DNA of 34,820 bases from a virus (Duplodnaviria > Caudoviricetes): positions 1-34,820 of the IMG/VR virus record IMGVR_UViG_3300044795_000002; one strand, given 5' to 3'. Shown here piece after piece: positions 15,230 to 25,601 of this stretch (positions within the stretch are counted from its first letter, which is position 1; every line of letters starts with the position of its first letter). The notes under the pieces are model-generated. The model was not told where the DNA came from, searched no databases, and was given only the letters and a program-made list of their open reading frames with translations. The position numbers and the translations under genes are program-made.

Positions 15230-15426
15230 CAACGGGGGCACTTGATATGGCAGCTCAGCTGTGTGCCCTCGGATTACCAGGTATGAGATGGTTGGAGACA
15301 AGAGATCCACTTGAAAGGAATCTCATACAGGAGCTTGGTAAACGTGTTTTTGAAGAACGAAAGAGGCTGGATCACAATCTTGCTGTGGATATCGCCAACT
15401 GTGTAGGCATGTTGTTCAAGAAATAA
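15220..15426 (+). CDS. -1 frameshift extension of the chaperone (gpGT-like; full product 14594..15426)
   Basis: GGGGGAA at 15220-15226; -1 frame GIATGALDMAAQLCALG...MLFKK open to TAA 15426, 6 nt before the tape measure ATG. Confidence 0.8.
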   Translation, partial: GGIATGALDMAAQLCALGLPGMRWLETRDPLERNLIQELGKRVFEERKRLDHNLAVDIANCVGMLFKK

Positions 15427-15432
15427 GGACAC

Positions 15433-17916
15433 ATGGGACTAACTGACGTACAAGAAATCCTAGTTAGGCTACTGCTGCTTGGTGGCCCGCAATACAAGGC
15501 CGGAGTAGCCGAAGCCGCTGCTGCTACTGGTCTGATGACCAAGGAGCAACAGAAGCTTGCCGTGACTCAGGGTGAAAACGCTAAAAGGTCATGGGCACAC
15601 AATCAGGCGATGTTCACAGCAAGACGGTTTGCTTTCTATGGAACGTTGGGTATGGCTGCTGCCGGCTTTGAAGCTCTGAGAATGGGCTTTAGGTACAACA
15701 GTGCTATGCAGACGGCTAGTATAGCGTTGCAACCAGTCATACATGGTCATCAGAACTTGCAGAAGGAAATGGGTACGCTGTTTGATATGGCAGCAGCGTC
15801 ACCGTTCCAGTTCAAGGACTTGACTACATCGTTCCGCACGATGTACGCACAGATGCACCCGTTCGGATATGGCGTGGGTCAGGTAAATACCACGCTTCAA
15901 AACTTGATGAACTCTCTGGCTTATTCAGGGAAAACCTCGCCTCAAAACCTCAATCGCATAACCACAGCATTGTCACATATGGTAGCTGCTGGTCGTCCTA
16001 TGGGTCAGATGATTACCAACCTGGCTAGGGACAACGTGCCTATCTATGCGGCTCTGGCTACGCAGTTCAATCTGTCAGCACAGCAAATCGCGCACATCGG
16101 TACATCGGGTCTAACGTCTGCACAGGTGATTGCAGCGTTGAACAACTATCTGGAAACAACGCCTGGTTACATAGATGCCGCAGTACGTCAGACTCATTCG
16201 CTACAAGGTGCGTGGACAACATTCAAAGACTTCTTGTCTCAGGGTGTTGGTGGTGCAGAAGGTGGTATATTCAGCGGTTTGACAAGAGCACTCGTTGGTG
16301 TCAACACCAGGATCTTTGACATGACCAAGACGGCTGGTGGATTCCACAGGAATGTCACGCTGACTGACTTCATCAACGCCATCGATCAACAACTGACTCC
16401 CAAGACTCACGTGATCTTGAATCTGTTCCTCATGTTGGAGGCTACTGTCAAGACTATCCTCACCATCTTCATGGGGATATATTGGGTTATCCAGCAAATC
16501 GGGAAAGTCATTGGTCTGATACCATTCTTCAAGGGAGGATCAGGAGTAGCGTTCCAAGTGATGGGTGTGTCACTCGGTGTGTTCCTGGTCGGACTCATAG
16601 CAGCTATAGCTGCCGTGAAATCGCTGGTGTTGGTCTTTGACTTGCTCAAGATCGCGTTGCTTCCATTCAAGGGACTGTTCCTAGCGATGCAAGTTGCCAC
16701 TGGTGTTCAAGACATACTTGGTACAGCTCTCGGAGCAGGAGAAGTTAGCGGTGGTCTTGTTGGTTTCCTAGCTAAGTGGAAATCTTACGCTCTAGCACCA
16801 GGAGAAGGCGGAAAAGGATTCGCGAACGTTGGCCCAATGGCAAGATTCGGTCGCACTATATGGGGCGATGTTGGTATAGCTGCGCTTTTGGGTCAAATGG
16901 GACAAGGAGTGATGTGGCTATCGAAGATCACAGGAATCTCAAAGCTGTTTGGTGATACAGCTGAAATAGGTGGAGTTGGAAACACGATCAAGTCGATTGC
17001 CGCTACCTTCAAGGACGAAGGCTTTGTAGCAGGTATCAAGTCTGTCGGTGGTGCAATGAATAATCTGTGGAGTGCAGTATTGAACTGCATCTCCTCGTTT
17101 GCGGTGCTTGTGGGAACTAGCATCAAGAGTGCAGCTGTAGCAGTATGGAACTTTGCAACCACACAGATGAAAGCACTATGGACTGTGATCGCGGATACTG
17201 CTACAGCCATCTACGGCGCTCTGATTCCAGCTCTACTGGATTTGATCGGCGTGGAAACGATAGCCGACATACTCAATCCACTTATGTGGGCAGCTCTGGT
17301 AGTAGGAGTCATAGCTACGCTAGGTGTGTTGTACTGGAGATGGAAGGCGTTTCACGATGCAGTCAACACAACCTTCCAGTTCCTGAAGGATCACTGGATT
17401 CCAGTCCTAGTGATAGCACTCACGTTGTTCGGATTCATCACCATACCAATCATGTTGTGGGCCGCAATCGGATATGCGATCTATAAGGCATGGGGGCCAT
17501 TCCTCGATCTTGTTCACACGCTGTGGGGTTACTTCAAGGATATAGTCAACTGGTTGAAAGGCCCGCTTGGTGGTATCTTGGGCTTCATTCAGCATCCGAT
17601 AGGTACCACGCAGCACTGGTTAGGCATCACTCCTACGCATGGTGCGCTTCCAGTAGCAACACACCAGTTGCCTGGTATGCTTCCTTACAACGTTCGTGTG
17701 CATTCTCAGGATCGCAGAGCCATCTCACGTCATGGTGGAGTGTACGGTGCCACTGGTCAGATCATCAACAATGCTGGCCCTGTGAATCCGGTGACTGGTG
17801 CAGGATTGCCAGGTATGCTCCCTCCGGGTGATATCAACGTGAATCTCGTAGTTGACAGGCAGATTCTTGCCAAGGCTGTTGCTCGTGCTAACCAAGACTA
17901 CGCAGCGAGGAAGTAA
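15433..17916 (+). CDS. Tape measure protein
   Basis: 827 aa, Ala/Gly-rich helical; AAASPF, SLQGAWTTFKD, LYWRWKAFHDAVN; several hydrophobic segments. Confidence 0.92.
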   Translation: MGLTDVQEILVRLLLLGGPQYKAGVAEAAAATGLMTKEQQKLAVTQGENAKRSWAHNQAMFTARRFAFYGTLGMAAAGFEALRMGFRYNSAMQTASIALQPVIHGHQNLQKEMGTLFDMAAASPFQFKDLTTSFRTMYAQMHPFGYGVGQVNTTLQNLMNSLAYSGKTSPQNLNRITTALSHMVAAGRPMGQMITNLARDNVPIYAALATQFNLSAQQIAHIGTSGLTSAQVIAALNNYLETTPGYIDAAVRQTHSLQGAWTTFKDFLSQGVGGAEGGIFSGLTRALVGVNTRIFDMTKTAGGFHRNVTLTDFINAIDQQLTPKTHVILNLFLMLEATVKTILTIFMGIYWVIQQIGKVIGLIPFFKGGSGVAFQVMGVSLGVFLVGLIAAIAAVKSLVLVFDLLKIALLPFKGLFLAMQVATGVQDILGTALGAGEVSGGLVGFLAKWKSYALAPGEGGKGFANVGPMARFGRTIWGDVGIAALLGQMGQGVMWLSKITGISKLFGDTAEIGGVGNTIKSIAATFKDEGFVAGIKSVGGAMNNLWSAVLNCISSFAVLVGTSIKSAAVAVWNFATTQMKALWTVIADTATAIYGALIPALLDLIGVETIADILNPLMWAALVVGVIATLGVLYWRWKAFHDAVNTTFQFLKDHWIPVLVIALTLFGFITIPIMLWAAIGYAIYKAWGPFLDLVHTLWGYFKDIVNWLKGPLGGILGFIQHPIGTTQHWLGITPTHGALPVATHQLPGMLPYNVRVHSQDRRAISRHGGVYGATGQIINNAGPVNPVTGAGLPGMLPPGDINVNLVVDRQILAKAVARANQDYAARK

Positions 17917-18656
17917 TGCCAGGATTTGACGCCAGCAAGTATTACATGATACGCGCATCAAATGGCTTCGTTGTCCAGGTTGGACGTGGTACGGATCCTC
18001 CGATCATCAAATCTGGTGGCGCTAGATACACTACAGTTCAGCGTCCCAGGCGTATGTCGATGATTCAGTGGGATGGCGATGATCCGTGGCAAATGGATGT
18101 GCCTGTCATGTTCGACGGTTGGATCGAAGGTTTCAGCATTGAACGTGATATCCAGATGGTGAATGATTTGGCTAAAGCTCCAGGCGCATGGGTAGCTCCT
18201 GCTACTATTCAGATAGATGGTGGTCTGCCAGCTAAAGGTGGTACTTGGATACTCACAGGAATCGACTACGGGACTGAGGTTATCTGGGATACCGATAAAC
18301 ACGGTTACGCCTTTAGATACAGGCAAGATGCTGTTCTGCATCTTCTCCAGTATATCCCTGAGACTGTACTACAGATGCTTCGCAAGCCTGGCACGACTAC
18401 ACCTTACTACGTGAAGCATGGGGATACGCTGGCTCAGATAGCTCAAGAGTGGTACGTGAGTCCACAGGCTATCATGAAGAAGAACAAGATTCGGGATCAG
18501 AAGTCTATCAAGTTCGGTCAGTTGCTTCTGATTCCACCGTCTATGTTCGGGCCGATGCCTAGTAGCTTGCCTGGAGCATACTCAAACTCCAAGAGCTTCC
18601 AGAATCCTGGTAGTCCTGAGCAAAAGCGCAAGACGAAGATCAAGTACAAGTACTGA
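17916..18656 (+). CDS. Tail tube initiator-like protein with a LysM domain
   Basis: YYVKHGDTLAQIA..IKFGQLLLIP LysM motif; follows the tape measure. Confidence 0.85.
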   Translation: MPGFDASKYYMIRASNGFVVQVGRGTDPPIIKSGGARYTTVQRPRRMSMIQWDGDDPWQMDVPVMFDGWIEGFSIERDIQMVNDLAKAPGAWVAPATIQIDGGLPAKGGTWILTGIDYGTEVIWDTDKHGYAFRYRQDAVLHLLQYIPETVLQMLRKPGTTTPYYVKHGDTLAQIAQEWYVSPQAIMKKNKIRDQKSIKFGQLLLIPPSMFGPMPSSLPGAYSNSKSFQNPGSPEQKRKTKIKYKY

Positions 18657-18663
18657 GTACACA

Positions 18664-20994
18664 GTGACCCAGCCTAAGAAAACAATCACGACTGTCAGTG
18701 CTCGTCAAAAGCTGGAGCTTTCCCAGCTTACGACTCAAGCCATACAGCAAGAGGGCATGGGCACTGATATCGATATGACTGACTTCGCGCTGGAGTTTGA
18801 GAAAGCTCTGCTTGTACCACACTTGGCAGAGAGAATCACAGATGCCAAGATCAGCCGTTCGATGGAAGTATCATCAATCCTCACGGTCGTCGTAAACGAC
18901 TACGATCGCATGTTACTATCAAGCGATCAGTTGGTGAATGGACTGGACGTGCAGATTGACGGGCTTTGGTTTAGACTCACAGGCTGCGATAAAGCTGGTG
19001 ATGAGCTGACTCTCACGTTTGAAGATCGTGAGATAGCTGTGCTGCGAACGTACACTAGCTGGAAGATTGCTAGCCGCGATCAAGTCACACGCGCCGAGTT
19101 CATCCTGAGTCTTATCAAGCAAGTCAGGGAGTTCAACATTCCGTGGGTAATCCCTGAACTGGCAGACGTTCAACCATTGCAGGCATACGACGGTGATCCT
19201 GTTGGTGTCAACGTTCTCCAGCAGAAACTCAAAGGCTTGCCTTACAATGCTCCGAATAACTCCGTTGGTGCGGTTACTGGCCCTAGTTCTCTAACTGGCC
19301 CATCTAGCGCATGGTACAGGCAAACGGCAGTTGGTAAGAAGCTAACATCGCAAATGCCTAAAGGCTTGCCTGTCTGGAGTGCTGATCCAAACCAAGGCCC
19401 ACACGGATTCACTACTTCTCCTGCTACTCCATTCCAGTGGCGAATGGGTAACATCATCATAGGTGCGTGTCAGCAGATGACACCGAAGATACCGCGCAAG
19501 CTGATCGTCTGCTGTATTGCATCGGCTATGGTGGAAACCACGCTCGACAATACTGCTGGTGATCCGAGTGATCCTGCTCATAACACCAGCACAGGACTGT
19601 ATCAGATGCAATACTTTTGGGGATCATATCAAGATCGTCAAGATCCTGCTACATCTACGAGGATCTACGTTCAGCATCTACAGGGGACAATCGCAGGATA
19701 TGGCCCAGGAGGCATCAACACAGACGTTGGTACAATCTGTGCTGATACAGAAAATCCAGCAGCGTGGGCTAGATGGAAGTACGGATCTGCTGCGCCTTAC
19801 GCAGAAATGTGGGTCAATGCGGCTGGAATCGTTGGTGGTAACTTCGAGATGCCTGGTGCTAGTGCTAATGGTCAAGCTCCTACAGTTCCGAATGGTAGCT
19901 CGTATTACTTCTGGCGTGGTAACATCATCGATCGTTCAGGTCAAGAGATTCGTCAGCCTGAGAGTAGTTGGGACTGTATCGTGAGACTCGCACAAGAGGT
20001 ACAATGGCGAGCTTTCTTCGTTAGCGGCACGTTCTACTACATCAGCGATGATGACCTAATCAAGCAGCAACCGTTGCTCATTCTGAATGAGTTTGATGAT
20101 GGTATCGTTGACGTTAGTGGAGATTTCTACACGAACAAGAAAGCTGGTACTCTGACTGTTACTGCGCGTGCTGGTAGATGGACAGTGCCACCAGGAAACG
20201 TCATAGTTGTGCAGGATATGGGCATCTACAACGGACGGTGGTTGGTCAGTGAATATGACCGTGGCATGTTTGACTTGAATGCCACGATCACATTGACTCG
20301 ACCGATGCCAAAGCTACCTGAGCCTGCGCCTGCTAACGGTAACGTCGGTGATCTACAGCCTTCGTGGGTTCCTGGCTATACCAAGGCTGGTGCGAGTGTG
20401 TCTACTGGAACTACTACCACTAACCAGGGTACTACGCTTGGGCCGTCTGTCAACTTCACTGATACGGCGCAATCACTTGCTCAGCAGTTGTTGGCTTGCT
20501 ATCACAAGGGAACGTACAATCCTGATAATCCTGGTGAGCTTCCGCAGATACAAGCTTCTGCTCAAGGTCAGCCAGTCATCAATGCTCAGGGTACGCCTGT
20601 GTATATCGATGCCAAGGTATTCGCTATGCTTCTGTGGCTCATCAACACCAATGGATTCACGATCGGTACGTTCGCTATGTGCTCTGACCACAGTTTCGAT
20701 AGTATGAAGGGTCATGCAGGTGGGCACGCTGTTGATATCTCATCGATCAACGGACTAGCGATAACTTCCGATACTCAACAGTGCTACGACAACGTGTTCA
20801 AGGTAGACACGCTTCTGCACAATGTCCAGGGTATGCTCCATCCGTGGCAGCTAATCTCCGGCGGATACGGCAATCACCGCAACATGACATTGACAGCACT
20901 ATGTCTCGATGGTGGTACAAGTATCGGACCAGAAGCGTACTACGGAGATAGCACGCTATCCGAGCATTGCAATCATATCCATTGCGGGTACTGA
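18664..20994 (+). CDS. Baseplate hub (gpD/gp27-like) with an inserted lysozyme-like domain and a C-terminal M15-like Zn peptidase
   Basis: Hub segments ([28 protein letters not shown]); ASAMVET..STGLYQ..WG..DPATS; [19 protein letters not shown]. Confidence 0.8.
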   Translation: MTQPKKTITTVSARQKLELSQLTTQAIQQEGMGTDIDMTDFALEFEKALLVPHLAERITDAKISRSMEVSSILTVVVNDYDRMLLSSDQLVNGLDVQIDGLWFRLTGCDKAGDELTLTFEDREIAVLRTYTSWKIASRDQVTRAEFILSLIKQVREFNIPWVIPELADVQPLQAYDGDPVGVNVLQQKLKGLPYNAPNNSVGAVTGPSSLTGPSSAWYRQTAVGKKLTSQMPKGLPVWSADPNQGPHGFTTSPATPFQWRMGNIIIGACQQMTPKIPRKLIVCCIASAMVETTLDNTAGDPSDPAHNTSTGLYQMQYFWGSYQDRQDPATSTRIYVQHLQGTIAGYGPGGINTDVGTICADTENPAAWARWKYGSAAPYAEMWVNAAGIVGGNFEMPGASANGQAPTVPNGSSYYFWRGNIIDRSGQEIRQPESSWDCIVRLAQEVQWRAFFVSGTFYYISDDDLIKQQPLLILNEFDDGIVDVSGDFYTNKKAGTLTVTARAGRWTVPPGNVIVVQDMGIYNGRWLVSEYDRGMFDLNATITLTRPMPKLPEPAPANGNVGDLQPSWVPGYTKAGASVSTGTTTTNQGTTLGPSVNFTDTAQSLAQQLLACYHKGTYNPDNPGELPQIQASAQGQPVINAQGTPVYIDAKVFAMLLWLINTNGFTIGTFAMCSDHSFDSMKGHAGGHAVDISSINGLAITSDTQQCYDNVFKVDTLLHNVQGMLHPWQLISGGYGNHRNMTLTALCLDGGTSIGPEAYYGDSTLSEHCNHIHCGY

Positions 20995-20995
20995 T

Positions 20996-23326
20996 ATGTC
21001 GTATATGAAGCAAGCCACAGAGAACATGGTCAACACAGCTTTCCAGCGTGTGTGGGCTGGTGTGATTGCCACCAATGCCAAGGATATGGGTGATCCTGTA
21101 TCTGTCGTCATTCCTGGCATGGACGGTGGTAACATGCGTTGGGAGAAATGTCACTGGAATGTGCGTGACATGCTCACGCTGCCTGAGCGTGGTATGCCGT
21201 GTCTCGTTCATCTAAATGACGAGGGTGTGTTCTGGATTAGTGATTGGTGGCCTGGTGGCCCATTCCCTGTGAATGAGGGCGAATGGCTCAAAGGTCAAGA
21301 AGGTAGCGTAGTTTGGGCACCAATCACGGTAGACGATGTTATCGGCCTAACCACACGTTACCAGGATAACTGGCGTTGGAATAGAGCTACGAGTGGCGCG
21401 CCTGGTAACGGTGACGTGCTCATCAATACTGGAGCTTGGGAATCAGCAACGATAGTCAACATCTCAGAGCAGGCGACCAACAACACCGATTACGGTAATG
21501 CCATCAAGCAAATAAACATCGGTGACGTCATCATTCTTCAAGATCAGGCGAATGCCGATAATATCGGACGCTTCACCATTACCGGCACCCCTGTTCAAAA
21601 CGGCACAGGAGCAACGTCTTGGTGGCAGTTCCCAGTTGCATATGATACTGGCTCAGGAGTACCACCAAACAATAATGCGATTACTACCGTCATTCTCTCG
21701 ATTGCCAGAGGTGGCACAGGTGCAGGAGCAGGACAAGCAGAAGAATGGCACGCTGGTACAGGAGCACCACCTACTACACTAGGTAGCACTGGTGACTTCT
21801 ATCTTGACAATGGGTCTGGCAATGTCTATGAGAAAACGGGAGTAACGGTTTGGACATTGCAAACGAACATCATGGGGCCAACAGGCAATACTGGCCCAAC
21901 TGGCCCACAAGGGCCAACTGGTAACACAGGCCCACCGGGACTAACAGGCCCAACTGGTGCTACTGGTGCAACTGGAGCCACAGGGCCAGCAGGTCCACAA
22001 GGTGCAACAGGTGCAACAGGTGCTCAAGGCCCACAAGGCCCACAAGGAAACACAGGTGCTACAGGCCCCCAAGGGCCAGAAGGCCCGACAGGAAATACAG
22101 GCCCAGCAGGTACTAGAGGATCATTGTGGGAATCACAAGCTGGTGCTCCACCAGCAGGCGGTACTCCACAATCAGGTGACCAAGCTCTTGATACAACAGC
22201 GGGAGATGTGTATCAATACTCAACAGCTTGGGGTAAGACTGGTAATATCATGGGGCCAACTGGCCCAGCAGGCCCAACAGGGCCAGCAGGCCCAACAGCT
22301 GGTTTACCTGCTGGTGGTGCAGCAGCTACCATTCTTACCAAGCATAGTGCCACTGACTATGATACTATTTGGGCGCCACCTGCACCAAGTGGGTCGCAGA
22401 TCACGTATCGTGGTGTATACTCACCTACGACAGCTTACAATGATGGCGACATAGTAGTTGGAACAGATGGAAACACATACCAATGTGTCCTTCCGGTAAC
22501 GGGTACTGCTCCAACTCAATGGCAAGCGCAAGGTGTTCCAGTACCGACACCGATAGTCAATGGTCAGTGGGTCAAAGGTGTAGGTGGTGCTGTCGTTTGG
22601 CAAGCGATCGGGCTTGGTGATCTTCCTCCATCTGCCACTAATGGACAGTTTCTCAAGACTGTTAGTGGTGCTGCCACTTGGGCGCAACCAACATCGACTG
22701 ATATCGCAGGGCCGACAAATAATCAGTACGCTCTTAGAAGTGCTCCGAATGGACTCGGTAACTGGGTAGCATATCCACAAGTTACAGTAAGTCCATTCTC
22801 AGGTGCAACACCAGCTAGTCCGAATGCTGGCGATATATGGATCGCAACGAACGTTCCTTGTCCAAGTGCGCAAACTCAGCTTGTGTGGCAGTTCATCTGG
22901 ACTGGCGCTTATTGGGTGTTCACAGGTGGTGGGCCTTGGTACTACTATGCTGGAGGCTCTACAGCTTCGGCACAGGGTTGGCAAACACTTCCTCCCGGCG
23001 TTACAGATATCAATCTTCCCCATGCTGGACAGTATCAGGTAGACGTTCATTTGATGTGGTATTCGGCAGGGACTCCTGTGTCTGGTTGGCCGCAGCTAAT
23101 CGTCGGTTTGGGTTCGGGAGCAATAGGCAGCCCACAATGGTACATTGCTTCCGAACACTACTACTGTGCGTACTCAGGTGCGGGTTACTGGAAAGATATA
23201 CACGGAACTAACATCTGTGCTCTGGTGCAAAATACAGCGTATCATTGGATGTTTTATGAATCCAACAACCAATGGACACCCAATACAACGACAGTCGTGG
23301 TTCGTCCAATCTATCTGACAACATGA
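20996..23326 (+). CDS. Baseplate spike-like N-terminal (gpV/gp5 OB-fold-like) domain fused to a collagen-containing fibre
   Basis: ATG 20996 just after the hub stop; [12 protein letters not shown] motif; long Gly-X-Y run; C-terminal beta domains. Confidence 0.75.
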   Translation: MSYMKQATENMVNTAFQRVWAGVIATNAKDMGDPVSVVIPGMDGGNMRWEKCHWNVRDMLTLPERGMPCLVHLNDEGVFWISDWWPGGPFPVNEGEWLKGQEGSVVWAPITVDDVIGLTTRYQDNWRWNRATSGAPGNGDVLINTGAWESATIVNISEQATNNTDYGNAIKQINIGDVIILQDQANADNIGRFTITGTPVQNGTGATSWWQFPVAYDTGSGVPPNNNAITTVILSIARGGTGAGAGQAEEWHAGTGAPPTTLGSTGDFYLDNGSGNVYEKTGVTVWTLQTNIMGPTGNTGPTGPQGPTGNTGPPGLTGPTGATGATGATGPAGPQGATGATGAQGPQGPQGNTGATGPQGPEGPTGNTGPAGTRGSLWESQAGAPPAGGTPQSGDQALDTTAGDVYQYSTAWGKTGNIMGPTGPAGPTGPAGPTAGLPAGGAAATILTKHSATDYDTIWAPPAPSGSQITYRGVYSPTTAYNDGDIVVGTDGNTYQCVLPVTGTAPTQWQAQGVPVPTPIVNGQWVKGVGGAVVWQAIGLGDLPPSATNGQFLKTVSGAATWAQPTSTDIAGPTNNQYALRSAPNGLGNWVAYPQVTVSPFSGATPASPNAGDIWIATNVPCPSAQTQLVWQFIWTGAYWVFTGGGPWYYYAGGSTASAQGWQTLPPGVTDINLPHAGQYQVDVHLMWYSAGTPVSGWPQLIVGLGSGAIGSPQWYIASEHYYCAYSGAGYWKDIHGTNICALVQNTAYHWMFYESNNQWTPNTTTVVVRPIYLTT
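21874..22120 (+). repeat. Collagen-like Gly-X-Y repeat ([12 protein letters not shown]); a shorter run lies near 22253-22300
   Basis: 9-nt periodic GGN-CCA/GCN-ACN repeats in the DNA and translation. Confidence 0.9.
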
Positions 23327-24342
23327 CTGATACGCCTACAGTAGATCAACAAGCTGCACCACCAACCTCAACACCTTGGGTACAGGTGTATGGTGCTACT
23401 GGCCCAGCTGGATCACCACTCCAGTATAAGGGTGCGTACTCAGCTACAGCAGTTTACAACAGTGGTGATATCGTCATTGATCCACAAGGAGTTGTGTACG
23501 AGTGTGTAATCCCTGGTACAACGGGAGTAACTCCAACACCTTGGCAGACTACGATGGTGCAGCCCGGAATCCCACAACCAGTGGTAAATGGACAATGGAT
23601 CAAAGGCGTGGGCGGTGCAGCTATCTGGTCACCTATCACTGTTCCTGATCTACCAGTCAATATTCCACAAGCTAATCTTCAGGGTTCTGCAACTGCTGGT
23701 TATTATTCCAGGACTGCGACTGCTGGAGCAGCGCCTAGTTGGCAAGCACTTGTACCAACTGATCTTCCGACTCGACTTGGTGGCGGTCTGGGAGCAGCAC
23801 CAACTCGGACACAACCTGTCACAGATTGCAATGCTCTTACAGAAACAGGTTGGTACAACGGTTCTAGCGTTGCCAACTCTCCGGGCGGTAGGGGTGACTG
23901 GATCTTTGTTATGCATATGTCGCACTGGAACAGTGCTGGAGGCTCCAGTGTGCCTGGTTGGTACACGCAAATCTGTTGGACTATGCAGCAAAATCCACCG
24001 GCCAAGTGGGAACGCTCCTGTATTGGTGGTACTTGGCAACCCTGGACTAGTTATACTAATACGCAGAGAATGGAAACCGGCTTCGCACAGTTTGGACTTA
24101 GTGCTGGACAGAAGTACGATTGGGCGACAAACTTCAATCAGGCGTTTGGTGCTAATCCAACCGTCATCTGTTCAGCCGGTACTACCGCTGTTGGCGACGT
24201 AAGTGGTAATACCTACGGTAACCAAGTCAACTGCGGTGCCTGGGTTTATTCGCTCAACACAGCAACCGTGTGGTTTACGATCTACAACGGATCAAATGGC
24301 AACTACACCATCGACCTCAACTGGATAGCGATCGGTAGATGA
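23323..24342 (+). CDS. Tail fibre/receptor-binding protein 2 (CBM5/12-like module, pyocin-knob-like domain, H-lectin/gp53-like C-terminus)
   Basis: ATGA overlap at 23323; YNSGDIV..YEC; [17 protein letters not shown]; [17 protein letters not shown]. Confidence 0.75.
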   Translation: MTDTPTVDQQAAPPTSTPWVQVYGATGPAGSPLQYKGAYSATAVYNSGDIVIDPQGVVYECVIPGTTGVTPTPWQTTMVQPGIPQPVVNGQWIKGVGGAAIWSPITVPDLPVNIPQANLQGSATAGYYSRTATAGAAPSWQALVPTDLPTRLGGGLGAAPTRTQPVTDCNALTETGWYNGSSVANSPGGRGDWIFVMHMSHWNSAGGSSVPGWYTQICWTMQQNPPAKWERSCIGGTWQPWTSYTNTQRMETGFAQFGLSAGQKYDWATNFNQAFGANPTVICSAGTTAVGDVSGNTYGNQVNCGAWVYSLNTATVWFTIYNGSNGNYTIDLNWIAIGR

Positions 24343-25601
24343 CTGATCTGGAAGTTACTCCGCAAGCACTAACGATCCCGCCTACTACAACACCGTGGGT
24401 ACCGATTGGTAATGCTTACGCGCCTCCTGTTGCTGGTGCAACGCGCGTTGGTAGAAACACACCATATGCGTTCCCAAACAACAATAACTCGCCAGTCTGG
24501 TTTGATGCCGTTCGCTACGATACACTCGGAGCGTGGCAACCGCAGAATAACAATCACTGTCTCTTTATCACACAGACAGGAATGTACTCCATATCGGGAA
24601 CGATTGCTTGGGATACTGTTGCGGCTGGTACCCGTCGTCTTGGACAACTTTACTCAAACAATGTAGGTTTGCTTGCTGAAGCAGGACATTGGGGTGAAAC
24701 GATAACTTCTACAGCAGGTGGTTATAACGGTTCGCACAATATCAACATAGCTACAACGGCCTTCTTGCAAGCTGGCGATCAGGTTTATCTCTATGGACTG
24801 CAAGACTCTGGTGCTGCACTCAACGTGCGCTCTCAGCTTTACAGTCCCACACTCATGGATTATATGACCGAGTTTGCAATCTCACTACTTGGTGGGCCAC
24901 AAGGAATAGCAGGGCCACCTGGTTTGACTCCTGCGTATCGTGGAACATACTCAGCAACAACAGCATACAATCCTGGTGATATTGTTGTAGGGCCAGATGG
25001 ATTCGCATACGAATCTCTGACAGCACAGACTGGTGTGGCGCCTGTTGCCTGGGGGACTGTTCCTCCCATACCTTATGGAACAAGTCTGCCCGGTACGCCG
25101 GTAGATGGACAAGAAGCAATCCTCGTAAGTTCAATCACGAACCCAACCTATACATGGCGCTTCCGTTACAACGCTCAGTCAACTTCGGCATACAAATGGG
25201 AGTTCATCGGTGGTTCTCCATATTGTATGAGTGCGAACCAGGGAGCATGGACTGGAGCTTTTACGATGGGAACAGGTGGATGGTCAATAGGGCCGAGTCC
25301 ATGTCAGTTCAATACGCCTCGACCTGGTGATTACTACGTTGTGCATGGTGGGCAAATGCAGGTTGGGGCTGTCGCAAACTGGGTAGCAGTCGCGGTCGCA
25401 AGATCAGGTGCGAATCCCTGTACCGCAACTCAGGTTTATCAGAATATGCCAGGAATCGGTAATCAGTACAGCTATGCTTTCTCTGACAAGGCAACAAGTG
25501 TTGGATCATCCGATTGGGTTGCTGCTACTTATTCAACTTCTGATACTGCCTTTCAAGTTGCCAATCGCTATATGCAGGTAACTCCAGTGAGGGTGTCATG
25601 A
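24339..25601 (+). CDS. Tail fibre/receptor-binding protein 3 (C1q-like domain, CBM-like module, C-terminal beta sandwich)
   Basis: ATGA overlap; VWFDAVRYD..ITQTGMYSISG; YNPGDIV; C-terminus resembles that of 20996..23326. Confidence 0.75.
   Translation: MTDLEVTPQALTIPPTTTPWVPIGNAYAPPVAGATRVGRNTPYAFPNNNNSPVWFDAVRYDTLGAWQPQNNNHCLFITQTGMYSISGTIAWDTVAAGTRRLGQLYSNNVGLLAEAGHWGETITSTAGGYNGSHNINIATTAFLQAGDQVYLYGLQDSGAALNVRSQLYSPTLMDYMTEFAISLLGGPQGIAGPPGLTPAYRGTYSATTAYNPGDIVVGPDGFAYESLTAQTGVAPVAWGTVPPIPYGTSLPGTPVDGQEAILVSSITNPTYTWRFRYNAQSTSAYKWEFIGGSPYCMSANQGAWTGAFTMGTGGWSIGPSPCQFNTPRPGDYYVVHGGQMQVGAVANWVAVAVARSGANPCTATQVYQNMPGIGNQYSYAFSDKATSVGSSDWVAATYSTSDTAFQVANRYMQVTPVRVS

Noticed and set aside
20909-20995. 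Longer starts in the ORF track for 20909, 23272 and 30080
   Set aside because: They overlap upstream genes extensively; ATG 20996 and the ATGA overlaps at 23323 and 30104 fit better.
21874-22300. CRISPR-like or tandem DNA array
   Set aside because: The periodicity is 9 nt and is explained by collagen Gly-X-Y coding; there are no unique spacers.
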